From a virus (Duplodnaviria > Caudoviricetes): a stretch of 64,000 nt of DNA. Where the stretch lies: the IMG/VR virus record IMGVR_UViG_3300001598_001658, positions 32,001 through 96,000 of that record. One strand, written 5' to 3'. The translations under genes were made by a program, and so were the position numbers. Positions 1 through 8,473 of this stretch are shown here, one piece after another (the stretch's first letter is position 1; each line of letters starts with the position of its first letter). Under the pieces are notes generated by a model that saw only the letters and a program-made list of their open reading frames with translations, was not told the origin of the DNA and made no database searches.

Positions 1-260
1 TGAATAGAGATACTATTGTATTCCACGAATTGTGTATTTTAGCATTAAGTATTCTTTATGGATTTAATAATATTTCTGAAATGAATATTGGTACTAATAT
101 CACTATTAGAGGCGAAGACGTTACTCTTATTGATGAAACTACAAACTTACAGGAAATTAAGCCTGGATACGATCAGTCAACTGGTGAATATCGTAAACAT
201 TCGATCATGTTTACATTTAAAGGTATCACTTACAAATTTATTGATGTAAGAGGAGACTAA
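1..260 (+). CDS. hypothetical protein, 5'-truncated
   Basis: The frame of ORF 30..260 stays open back to the window edge; no recognisable motif. Confidence 0.6.
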   Translation, partial: NRDTIVFHELCILALSILYGFNNISEMNIGTNITIRGEDVTLIDETTNLQEIKPGYDQSTGEYRKHSIMFTFKGITYKFIDVRGD

Positions 261-265
261 AATAA

Positions 266-1264
266 ATGGTAAATGAAATTATACAAGGAAAGATTTATCA
301 TTTACCTTTTATCGCACCTTATGAATCTAAAGGACCTTATGATGTTGAAGTTACCGCTGTAACAAGAAAAGCTACTCTTGATGTATATGGGGACTTCGAT
401 ATCAGAGGTACATTTTTTGATGAAGTTGGAATTAAAACATATTTAACAATGGTTGATGATGATACCGATATTTTTATCTGTCATCCTATTTCTTCCTATG
501 ATCCGGTAGAAATTGATTTAGGTACTAATATTTTTATACCTAAAAGCATTATTGATTATTCTAATTCTGACGAATACCAGGAAATGACTAGATATCAATT
601 TACGATAGAAGGTGTAAGACGTCATTTTGATAAATCATATGAAGCAAAGAATTTTATAAAAGAGCTTGAAAATACTATCCCGTCTGCGTTAGCTAATGGT
701 ACAATTTTAGCTAATGACGTTTTGTCTATTTCTAACATTCAAGAAGAACTTCTTGTTACAAAAACTGTAATAGATAAAGAAGAAAAAGAACGAGATAGAT
801 ATATAAAAGAGCGTGAAGAACAACTTGCTAATTTGAAAAAACAAGAAATGGAACGCGAAATGGAATATTATCGTCGATTAAAAAATCTTGAACAGCGTGA
901 AAAAATCGTTGCTGAAAAAGAAAAAATAATAGATGATAATGTAAAATTATCAGAAACTAATAAACAGACTAGTAATGCATTCCTTAAAGTTACTAACGAT
1001 ATGGTTGAACGAATTCATGAAGTTTATTTATCTATCGTTAATAACAAAGATGGTACTTTACCTGCATGGAATGAATTATATTCTTATATAGTTTATGGTT
1101 CTGCTCAAGATCAAATATCTTTAACAGAATGGAAAGATGCAGTTACCGAATATACTAAAAAAGGTTTTTGGCCTAACTCATTCTTGGAACTTATTAAAAA
1201 ATTTGATAAGACTCATTGTCCATATTGTGAAAGAGAACTTGATATTCAAATCAATTCAGAATAA
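266..1264 (+). CDS. hypothetical protein with central coiled coil and C-terminal CPYC
   Basis: 332-aa ORF, AGGAG RBS, E/K/R-rich heptad segment. Confidence 0.75.
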   Translation: MVNEIIQGKIYHLPFIAPYESKGPYDVEVTAVTRKATLDVYGDFDIRGTFFDEVGIKTYLTMVDDDTDIFICHPISSYDPVEIDLGTNIFIPKSIIDYSNSDEYQEMTRYQFTIEGVRRHFDKSYEAKNFIKELENTIPSALANGTILANDVLSISNIQEELLVTKTVIDKEEKERDRYIKEREEQLANLKKQEMEREMEYYRRLKNLEQREKIVAEKEKIIDDNVKLSETNKQTSNAFLKVTNDMVERIHEVYLSIVNNKDGTLPAWNELYSYIVYGSAQDQISLTEWKDAVTEYTKKGFWPNSFLELIKKFDKTHCPYCERELDIQINSE

Positions 1265-1270
1265 TAAAAA

Positions 1271-1296
1271 CTACCTACTCCATATGGAGTAGGTAG
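1271..1296. terminator. bidirectional intrinsic terminator
   Basis: Palindrome CTACCTACTCCATATGGAGTAGGTAG between convergent genes, with A/T tracts on both sides. Confidence 0.75.
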
Positions 1297-1340
1297 AAAT
1301 TTTCATTTTTTATTTCCAACAAAAAGGAAAGGAAAGAAAA

Positions 1341-1814
1341 CTATTTGTTGGCAATTTTTCCATCTTCTACATTGATAATTGAAACATTCATGTTTTTCAA
1401 TGTATCAATTGCTTCGTCATTTGATTCTTCTTTGATTTCATCAAGTAAGAAATCCAATGATGGACCAGCTGCTTCTTCGATTTCCTTAGCAATTGAATCC
1501 AATTCGAGCATTTTATCGCAGAAACATTTGTACTTTGTACGATCTGTTTCTTTGATAATTTCAAGTTCAGCAGTAAGACGTGGATTTGGAAAGAGATCAT
1601 CAAGACGTGTTGATTCTTCTTTTTCATCGATACGTTTTTTATCTGCATCACTGAGATCGATAGCTGCAATAGCTGCACTTGCATCTTCAAAACCAAGAAG
1701 GTTATTTGAAGGATCTGAAGCGAGTTTCTTTACAGCTCCTTTAGACATAAGTCCAGGTACATTCTGAATGAGGTTAAGAATTACCTTTGATTTTGTTGCA
1801 ACAGTAAGTTCCAT
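1341..1814 (-). CDS. hypothetical acidic protein
   Basis: Start reassigned to ATG 1814 (MELTV) behind GGAGGT; AACA-N6-TA motif upstream at 1848-1859. Confidence 0.75.
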   Translation of the reverse strand: MELTVATKSKVILNLIQNVPGLMSKGAVKKLASDPSNNLLGFEDASAAIAAIDLSDADKKRIDEKEESTRLDDLFPNPRLTAELEIIKETDRTKYKCFCDKMLELDSIAKEIEEAAGPSLDFLLDEIKEESNDEAIDTLKNMNVSIINVEDGKIANK

Positions 1815-1920
1815 TATACTTACCTCCATATAAAATATTAGTACTAATACAATTATGTTTTTAAAAAACGTATTAAAAATTAAATACGAATGTACATTAT
1901 AATGGGATAGATGATACAAT

Positions 1921-2172
1921 CAATGGCCGAACATTAATTGATTGTTCATCACGCGCTGCCGGCTTCGGTACGCAGAAACTATACTTAGTTATCTGTGGTG
2001 TGACCGCAATTATTATTGTCCGTTGAGATTCCGACCTGCTGCTATAAGCGGCCATTGCCGGATGTTGGGCGTCTTATACCGACGGCGTTTAAGGAGATTC
2101 GTCTAGATAGTTGATGAGTAGAGTATATAGATACTTGTTGATCCTGAGACTATTTAAGCGAATGTTCGGCCA
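1921..2172 (+). ncRNA. putative ~250-nt structured ncRNA, family unknown
   Basis: GC-enriched with no credible ORF; 12-bp closing stem 1924-1935/2161-2172; internal helices contain G-U pairs, which favours the + strand. Confidence 0.6.
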
Positions 2173-2186
2173 CCTATTTGTTTTAT

Positions 2187-2251
2187 GTGAACCTGTGGAA
2201 CCCTATAAAAGGATTTTCCCCTCCCACCCGTCCTTTTATCCACAGGTTCAC
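2187..2251 (+). ncRNA. long hairpin with C-rich loop (putative sRNA)
   Basis: Stems GTGAACCTGTGGA/TCCACAGGTTCAC and ATAAAAGGA/TCCTTTTAT; loop TTTTCCCCTCCCACCCG. Confidence 0.45.
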
Positions 2252-2274
2252 TTTATATATTTTTTGGATATAAT

Positions 2275-2354
2275 AGATACTGTACAAAACGCCATGTGAT
2301 TGTCAATCACTCCATTGTTAAAGAAATAGAAAACTCTAAATTTGTACAGTATCT
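2275..2354 (+). ncRNA. 14-bp-stem-closed element (putative sRNA or processing stem)
   Basis: Perfect inverted repeat AGATACTGTACAAA/TTTGTACAGTATCT. Confidence 0.4.
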
Positions 2355-2365
2355 TTTTTATATAA

Positions 2366-2438
2366 GACTCTTTAGCTCAGTCGGTAGAGCAACGGACTGT
2401 TAATCCGTGTGTCGTTGGTTCAAACCCAACAAGGGTCG
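2366..2438 (+). tRNA. tRNA-Asn (GTT)
   Basis: Cloverleaf: acceptor GACTCTT/AAGGGTC, anticodon arm ACGGA-CTGTTAA-TCCGT, T arm GTTGG-TTCAAAC-CCAAC; no encoded CCA. Confidence 0.95.
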
Positions 2439-2657
2439 ATACTTTCCTCATTTAGTGGGGCACTGCTATTTGAGGGACGTGGGGTTACGCCGATTGTTAC
2501 CACGTACAAATACAAACAATTATGAGCTGTGACTCTCACTCAATTTTGATCATTTGGGGGTTAGAAGAGTCCGATCAAACTCATGACGCTGATACACGAT
2601 AGGTATTATATTTCTATATATTTTTTAGTATATAGAAATATCGGCACCACTTTATGT

Positions 2658-2730
2658 GGGCTTTTAGCTCAGTCGGTAGAGCAACGCCCTTTTAAGGCGT
2701 GGGTCAACAGTTCAAATCTGTTAAAGCTCA
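2658..2730 (+). tRNA. tRNA-Lys (TTT)
   Basis: Cloverleaf: acceptor GGGCTTT/AAAGCTC, anticodon arm ACGCC-CTTTTAA-GGCGT, T arm AACAG-TTCAAAT-CTGTT; no encoded CCA. Confidence 0.95.
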
Positions 2731-2777
2731 TAACTCTAGAATTACCTTCCCTTTTATTTTAGAGTGTCAAAGAACCT

Positions 2778-2815
2778 GTGCTCCTCTTTTTACAGAGGAG
2801 CACTTTTATTTTTTT
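2778..2815 (+). terminator. intrinsic terminator of the tRNA/ncRNA cluster
   Basis: Stem GTGCTCCTCT/AGAGGAGCAC followed by a T tract. Confidence 0.8.
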
Positions 2816-2835
2816 ATTAACTTTTTAACTTATCT

Positions 2836-2844
2836 ATATATTAT
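2836..2844 (+). promoter_or_regulatory. putative early phage promoter ATATATTAT (other copies at 6345, 18140, 25468, 28438, 33570, 37089, 38281, minus strand 44564-44572; variants at 23077, 27516)
   Basis: The same 9-mer recurs in intergenic gaps shortly upstream of RBS/start codons; it resembles early promoters of phiKZ-like phages. Confidence 0.65.
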
Positions 2845-2877
2845 ATATAGAAGAAAAATTATATAAAGGAGTTATAT

Positions 2878-3156
2878 ATGAATAAAAAATTATTTACACT
2901 TTTATTAATCGGAATACTTGCAATTGTATCTGTTTCTGCATCAAGATCTTTGTGTTATTCTAGAAAATGTGACAAATGCGAATATAATGTTGCTCAAAGA
3001 GTTAATGGTGCTACAAGAACAATTGCATGGCGTGTATTTGAAATACCTCATAAAAAAATTGATGGTAAAATATATACAACTTATAGATGCGATCATGGTC
3101 ATGAATATCTTGTTAATATTGAAACAGGTGAACCTAGATTTCTGGAGAATAAATAA
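2878..3156 (+). CDS. small exported Cys/His-rich protein
   Basis: Signal peptide MNKKLFTLLLIGILAIVSVSA; CxxC and CxxxH motifs; AAGGAG RBS. Confidence 0.7.
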   Translation: MNKKLFTLLLIGILAIVSVSASRSLCYSRKCDKCEYNVAQRVNGATRTIAWRVFEIPHKKIDGKIYTTYRCDHGHEYLVNIETGEPRFLENK

Positions 3157-3353
3157 TGGAAGTAAAAATTAAGTTATTCAATAAAGAAGAAAAGATATAT
3201 AAAAATATCTGGGAAATTCAAAATTCACATGATGTTATCATCATCAAGAAACATTCGCATGAATGTGAACGATTTAACAAAGAAGATATTGAATATATCT
3301 TAATTGAAAGTGGGATTGTAAATAAATTATCTCATAAATCAGGAAAATTTTAA
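3156..3353 (+). CDS. hypothetical protein
   Basis: Overlapping TAATG coupling to the upstream gene. Confidence 0.6.
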   Translation: MEVKIKLFNKEEKIYKNIWEIQNSHDVIIIKKHSHECERFNKEDIEYILIESGIVNKLSHKSGKF

Positions 3354-3362
3354 GGAATAGAA

Positions 3363-3563
3363 ATGACACTCACAGAAGCACTTATGGATGTTGATATGAA
3401 TACTCATATTACAGTTATAGATACTGAACGCAAAAACTCAAAACGTGTAGTATCTATATTTGAATATATACAACCAGAATATAGTGACAATCATGAAGTT
3501 ATAGAAACTGAAAAAGGAATTCTTGAAATCAAATTTAGGGTTAGGAGCATTAAAAATGATTGA
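3363..3563 (+). CDS. hypothetical protein
   Basis: AAGGA RBS; fills the operon gap. Confidence 0.6.
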   Translation: MTLTEALMDVDMNTHITVIDTERKNSKRVVSIFEYIQPEYSDNHEVIETEKGILEIKFRVRSIKND

Positions 3564-5538
3564 AGATGAACTCGTCACTGATATGTGGAAACGAAGAATG
3601 AAAGAAACTCTTCAAATGGTGTATCATGGCGGATTAAAAGAAGATGTTTTGGATAAACTTCTCGATGCAGAAGTTCAGAAATCTTTAAATGAGGGAACTC
3701 GATATGCATATATGAGAGATATCTATAGAGATCGAGTTATTAAATTAGACCTCAATGAAATCATGAAATGGGTGTATGAAAAGAGACTCATTGTTGGAGC
3801 TAATGGAGCATATACATTTGCTCATGACGATGTGCTTGGAGATACATCAATTATGGTTATGGGAGACCTTGAAGCTCGTGCTAAAGAAAAAGCATTAGCA
3901 AAGGAATATGAAAAGAATAATCAATTGAAAGAAGCTACTCTTCATGATAACCTTCAGACAAAATATAAACAGGATACAAATAGTACTTATGGTATTGCTT
4001 GTATGCCTGGTTCTTTCTTATTCTCACCAGACTCAGCTACATTTATTACAACACAAGCTAGACAGCTCATTGCTGAAATGATGTGGTCGTTTGAAAGATT
4101 CTTAGTAAACAATCTTCAACTTCAGAATTATGGAGAAGCTCTTCTCTATATAAACAACTGTTTAAAAGAAGAAAGACATTGGGATCAATATAAAGAATGG
4201 ATTACTTATATACCTACAAAAGAAGATATAGGAAAATATCTTCTCTCTAAATTCACAGATATCGAAAATTTCAATATTAAGACAAAAGAAATTTCAAGAT
4301 CATTGTTTATTTTTATTGAAAGATTAAGTGAAGAAGAAAGAGTTTATTTGTATTATAAATTTAATTTCATTAATTTTATTGAGAAGAATCCTAAAGTGAT
4401 GGATCTTTTTAGACAGATTGCTGATGGTGAAGAAGCATTCCTGAATCCAAATAAAGTACCTGAAATTTACAAACCTATTTGTGATAAGCTTATCGAAGTA
4501 TCAAAAGAATTTTGTTATGGTGAATTCATGGTTACACATAGAGTTGATAAATATTTTGATTGTGAAAGAAAAGCAATTCTTCTTTCTGACACAGACTCTG
4601 TATTTATCATTCTTGGTAAAATCATGGATGTTATTTATGATAAGATTGGTTTGATTTATAAGTATCGAGATAATGATTTTAAACTTGTAAATGCACTTTG
4701 TACATTATGTACAAATTATATTGGAATGAGACACAATAAGTTTGTCGAAGCTTGTAATATTAAATATAAGTTTCCACAGTATAAACTTGATGCGAAAAAC
4801 GAATTCTACTATAAACGTGTTATTCTTTATACAGGTATTAAGAAAAATTATTCTGGTCTTAAGTTACTTCGTGAAGGAAATCTTGTTCCTCCAAAGAAAC
4901 AGATTTCTCACACAGGTATTAAACTTACAGGTTCAAGAATCCCAAAACAAGTTAGTGATTTCCAAACAAAAATTATAGAAGATAATATTTTAAGATCTAC
5001 GGTGGTTGATCCAGTTAAAATTATGTCTGATATAAATGCTGAAAGAGAAATCATTAAAGAAATTATCAAATCTGGTGATAAATCTATGGGTATTCCACAG
5101 AGATTCTCAGGTTATGATAAATACAAAGTTTTTGAATCGGCCCAGATTTGTAGACTTGTTGAAATTTGGAATCGAATTTATCCGGAACAGAAAATTGGTA
5201 ATGGTGAATATTTGATGACATTTGAAACTAAAGTTTATAATGAATCACAATTATATCTTATTCAAGATGTAGAAATGAGGGAGAAGATTCGAAAGGCTGT
5301 ATTTAGTGACAGATGGGATGGAGAAGATAACTTCTTGAAATCTCATGGACTTACAACAGTTGGTATTCCTAGAGATGGAGCAGTGACAGAGATTCCACAA
5401 TGGATGATTGATATTATCGATTATGATCTTATGGCGCGTAAACATCTTCAAGCAATCACCGATTTATTGCCATCATTGAATATGAATAAAGTTAAAACAA
5501 AAGACTTTAGTACATATTCATCATTATTAAGGATTTAA
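3556..5538 (+). CDS. family B DNA polymerase, catalytic subunit of a split jumbo-phage polymerase
   Basis: Motif B KQDTNSTYG, motif C LSDTDSVF, and KNE...KKNY; no exonuclease motifs seen; start ATG 3556 after AGGAG. Confidence 0.85.
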   Translation: MIEDELVTDMWKRRMKETLQMVYHGGLKEDVLDKLLDAEVQKSLNEGTRYAYMRDIYRDRVIKLDLNEIMKWVYEKRLIVGANGAYTFAHDDVLGDTSIMVMGDLEARAKEKALAKEYEKNNQLKEATLHDNLQTKYKQDTNSTYGIACMPGSFLFSPDSATFITTQARQLIAEMMWSFERFLVNNLQLQNYGEALLYINNCLKEERHWDQYKEWITYIPTKEDIGKYLLSKFTDIENFNIKTKEISRSLFIFIERLSEEERVYLYYKFNFINFIEKNPKVMDLFRQIADGEEAFLNPNKVPEIYKPICDKLIEVSKEFCYGEFMVTHRVDKYFDCERKAILLSDTDSVFIILGKIMDVIYDKIGLIYKYRDNDFKLVNALCTLCTNYIGMRHNKFVEACNIKYKFPQYKLDAKNEFYYKRVILYTGIKKNYSGLKLLREGNLVPPKKQISHTGIKLTGSRIPKQVSDFQTKIIEDNILRSTVVDPVKIMSDINAEREIIKEIIKSGDKSMGIPQRFSGYDKYKVFESAQICRLVEIWNRIYPEQKIGNGEYLMTFETKVYNESQLYLIQDVEMREKIRKAVFSDRWDGEDNFLKSHGLTTVGIPRDGAVTEIPQWMIDIIDYDLMARKHLQAITDLLPSLNMNKVKTKDFSTYSSLLRI

Positions 5539-5539
5539 T

Positions 5540-5782
5540 GTGGAAACATATGAATTTATAATGAATGATGAAGAAAAAGAATTTGTTGAACGAATGAATA
5601 GAAATCGATTAGATTCATATGCAATCGGAATGCGAAAATATAGAAGATCTAAGGAAATCGATGCCTCTCTAGACAATGATAAAAATCTTTTTCAAAGATT
5701 AAAACATGCTAGAGAGGAACGGTTTTTGGAATGTTTAAAATTTATAGAAACTATAGGAGATAAAAATGACAATTATAGATAA
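5540..5782 (+). CDS. hypothetical protein
   Basis: 80-aa ORF directly after the polymerase stop. Confidence 0.55.
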   Translation: METYEFIMNDEEKEFVERMNRNRLDSYAIGMRKYRRSKEIDASLDNDKNLFQRLKHAREERFLECLKFIETIGDKNDNYR

Positions 5783-5851
5783 ATTTTTAAGTAAAAGCTT
5801 GTTATAGGTTTTATAACTAATTATATTGAAAAATCTTTCGGAAATAGAATA

Positions 5852-6337
5852 ATGCAAGATGAAAATGATCCGCGTAAACTTTACGTTGAAATTTATTTGA
5901 CACATAAAGATTGTAAAAGGTTTCTGAGAATAAAAAATCTTAAATTCTTTAAAGAATTTATTATAAAATATTTTCCGCCATTATCGTTAGAATGTGGTGG
6001 ACCTATTTATAAAGTAAAGTCTAGCTCTGTATTTTCTGATGAATCAAAAAATTATTTTAAACTTATTGTAGAATATTATAATCCATATATAAAAATTGAA
6101 ACTGCTAATGACACAAAAATAAAATATCTTGAAATGTGTAAAACATTTGAAAATATGAAAAATGCTATTTTTAATCCAATTGCTATTGAAGTCGATGAAG
6201 AACCTGATATAAACAAAAAAGTAATTGAAGCTTTGGAAACATTGTCAAATTATTTTGAATATTATAAGAAAATTAATAATATTGAAATTGAAGGCGATGA
6301 ATCTAAATCGAATGAGGAATCGATTTCAAAAGAATAA
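5852..6337 (+). CDS. hypothetical protein
   Basis: 161-aa ORF. Confidence 0.6.
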   Translation: MQDENDPRKLYVEIYLTHKDCKRFLRIKNLKFFKEFIIKYFPPLSLECGGPIYKVKSSSVFSDESKNYFKLIVEYYNPYIKIETANDTKIKYLEMCKTFENMKNAIFNPIAIEVDEEPDINKKVIEALETLSNYFEYYKKINNIEIEGDESKSNEESISKE

Positions 6338-6373
6338 TAAATAAATATATTATAATACGAAGAGGAAACTATA

Positions 6374-7534
6374 ATGCTACTAAACCCGTATTTATTTCAA
6401 GATACAAATGATAATAAATTTGTATCAGATGAAAGTTTTAAAAAGGCAGGAATAGTATATCATAAAAGAAAAATTTATATACTTAAAAAGTATTCTCAAA
6501 AATGCTTTGGTGAAAACAGTATATTTAATTCGTACGTTATGAATACTGTTATTTTGGTAAATATTTCTAGAACCAAAATTAAAAAAGATGTTTATCGTAA
6601 TATAAAATCGACTTATTCATTTTCATTTACATCAACTACTAATGATATAATATCGGAATTTAATAATGCAAGATTACGTTTGAATTATTGTATAACTAGT
6701 GGTTATGATTGCGATGCACTTTATAAAGAAGGTGAATTTGTAGACTCTTTATATTATGATGATCTTGGTTTTACTTTTGGATATGATGAGCATGATGATC
6801 CAGTAGAAGTCAATATAAATGATATGTTTCATTGTAACGAAAGCGAAGATATTGATAAAAAATCTGTGCTTAAAATACCGAATCCGACTTATTATACTAC
6901 TAGACAGTATAAAATCAACAACGGTGTACCACAGGGACACGTTATGCTTGAATCTAGATATTATGATGCAAGAGATCTTATTGATTCAAATACTGACATT
7001 TATCTTGTTGATGAAAAAGAAAGTACAGAATTAAATAGAACAGTGTGTTCAGATTCAGATAATGCCATCGTTCCTGCAAATAATAACTTTCTCGAATCTT
7101 GGGAACGTATCAAGGATGCAGAAGAAATTCCATTTGATATGTTTATTCTTAATTCACTAGCTTGTTTCAGTTCGTATAAATTCATCTATGATACAAAAGA
7201 AGGATTTAATATCAAAGATATCAATACAGATAAAACGATTATAAAAAGTCGAAATACTGATTATATCGAAATGATAGCAAAACGAATGAAAAAGTATTGT
7301 GATAATCTTTCAAAGATTTATGGAAATATAAGAATTCATTATTATTCTTGTGATATTAGCGATAAGATTGAAATAATCTTTGAAGATAAAAAGTTTCATA
7401 AAGTAACATCGACTTATGATCGCAACAGTATGTTTGAACGATTAATGGTTTTTGTTACAGACAAATATGAACCGGTTCTTAATAGAGGACCAATAAATTA
7501 TGATATAATGGATGATTACTATTCATTAACATAA
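6374..7534 (+). CDS. hypothetical protein (putative early gene)
   Basis: 386-aa ORF, GAGG RBS, ATATATTAT motif upstream. Confidence 0.75.
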   Translation: MLLNPYLFQDTNDNKFVSDESFKKAGIVYHKRKIYILKKYSQKCFGENSIFNSYVMNTVILVNISRTKIKKDVYRNIKSTYSFSFTSTTNDIISEFNNARLRLNYCITSGYDCDALYKEGEFVDSLYYDDLGFTFGYDEHDDPVEVNINDMFHCNESEDIDKKSVLKIPNPTYYTTRQYKINNGVPQGHVMLESRYYDARDLIDSNTDIYLVDEKESTELNRTVCSDSDNAIVPANNNFLESWERIKDAEEIPFDMFILNSLACFSSYKFIYDTKEGFNIKDINTDKTIIKSRNTDYIEMIAKRMKKYCDNLSKIYGNIRIHYYSCDISDKIEIIFEDKKFHKVTSTYDRNSMFERLMVFVTDKYEPVLNRGPINYDIMDDYYSLT

Positions 7535-7552
7535 ACCAAAAGGAGGCCATAT

Positions 7553-8377
7553 ATGGCAGAACAGGAATTAGCAAAAGCTAATGGTGGAGCACCAGCTGGT
7601 GCAAAAGGTGATTTTTCGAATTACAACCCACTCGAAATTAACCTTGGGGTATTTTGGACAGCAAAAAGTCTTGGCGATAAGACTACACTGTCTCTTAATT
7701 ATGTAAGAGATTATGTAAAGCTTAACTTCAGCATGACAACAGACGATGGAAAGAAAGAACAGGTGTTTAAAAAGTTCAAACTTTCTGAAGCATTTGTAAT
7801 TGCAAATGCACTTCGTACAATTATTGCCGATCGTCTTGCAACCCTTAACAATTTTATTGAAAGTGGAGCAGAAGGAGCTCCAAATTATTCAGAACTTCCT
7901 GAAGACGGTTTTACATTCCATACTCATTACTTCGATAAACAGAAGGGTGAAGATGTAACAAATGGAAAAATTACAATTTCGACAATTCCTGTAAATGGAA
8001 TTAATCGTATTGTAATCAAAGGATATTCTGAAACAGAAATGCAGCAGATCCGCGTTGTTTTCTATGATGACGTAAATGACAGACTCCGTAAAGTTTCGCA
8101 GGCATCAATTATTGATGGCGGAGATCTTGATCTTTATCGACTCGGTATGGAAATCGAACAGGCATTAAAGAAGACATTCGAATATGCTTGTGCTGATAAG
8201 ATTTATCAGGCGGTTATTGCAGGCAAAAGTTATTCAAACAGCAATAACAATTTCCAGCAGAAAAAATCATTTGGTTTCTTCAATAAGAATACACAGAGAC
8301 AGGTAAGTGTTAACGACAGCTCAGCCGGAAGCAATGAAAGTGGTGTGGATCTTTTTGATCAAGATGTTGATTACTAA
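7553..8377 (+). CDS. hypothetical protein, possibly ssDNA-binding
   Basis: Strong AGGAGG RBS; N/Q/S-rich linker and acidic-aromatic tail DLFDQDVDY. Confidence 0.45.
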   Translation: MAEQELAKANGGAPAGAKGDFSNYNPLEINLGVFWTAKSLGDKTTLSLNYVRDYVKLNFSMTTDDGKKEQVFKKFKLSEAFVIANALRTIIADRLATLNNFIESGAEGAPNYSELPEDGFTFHTHYFDKQKGEDVTNGKITISTIPVNGINRIVIKGYSETEMQQIRVVFYDDVNDRLRKVSQASIIDGGDLDLYRLGMEIEQALKKTFEYACADKIYQAVIAGKSYSNSNNNFQQKKSFGFFNKNTQRQVSVNDSSAGSNESGVDLFDQDVDY

Positions 8378-8390
8378 TTTAAAATAAAAA

Positions 8391-8426
8391 AGAAACCTAG
8401 CTCGTATTGAGCTAGGTCTCTTTTTT
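8391..8426 (+). terminator. intrinsic terminator
   Basis: Stem ACCTAGCTC/GAGCTAGGT plus T tract. Confidence 0.75.
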
Positions 8427-8445
8427 GTAATATTAATATAGAAAA

Positions 8446-8457
8446 AACATTTTATTA
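8446..8457 (+). promoter_or_regulatory. putative late promoter AACA-N6-TA (other copies + 14904, + 44600; minus strand 1848-1859, 36564-36575, 40805-40816, 43585-43596, 63781-63792; GACA variants 27461-27472, 54240-54251)
   Basis: Exact spacing is conserved upstream of most virion/late operons; matches the AR9 late promoter consensus. Confidence 0.6.
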
Positions 8458-8473
8458 TTAATAGGAGAATATC

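Noticed and set aside
2111-2299. 62-aa ORF in the ncRNA region
   Set aside because: No RBS; it crosses several RNA stems; composition is atypical.
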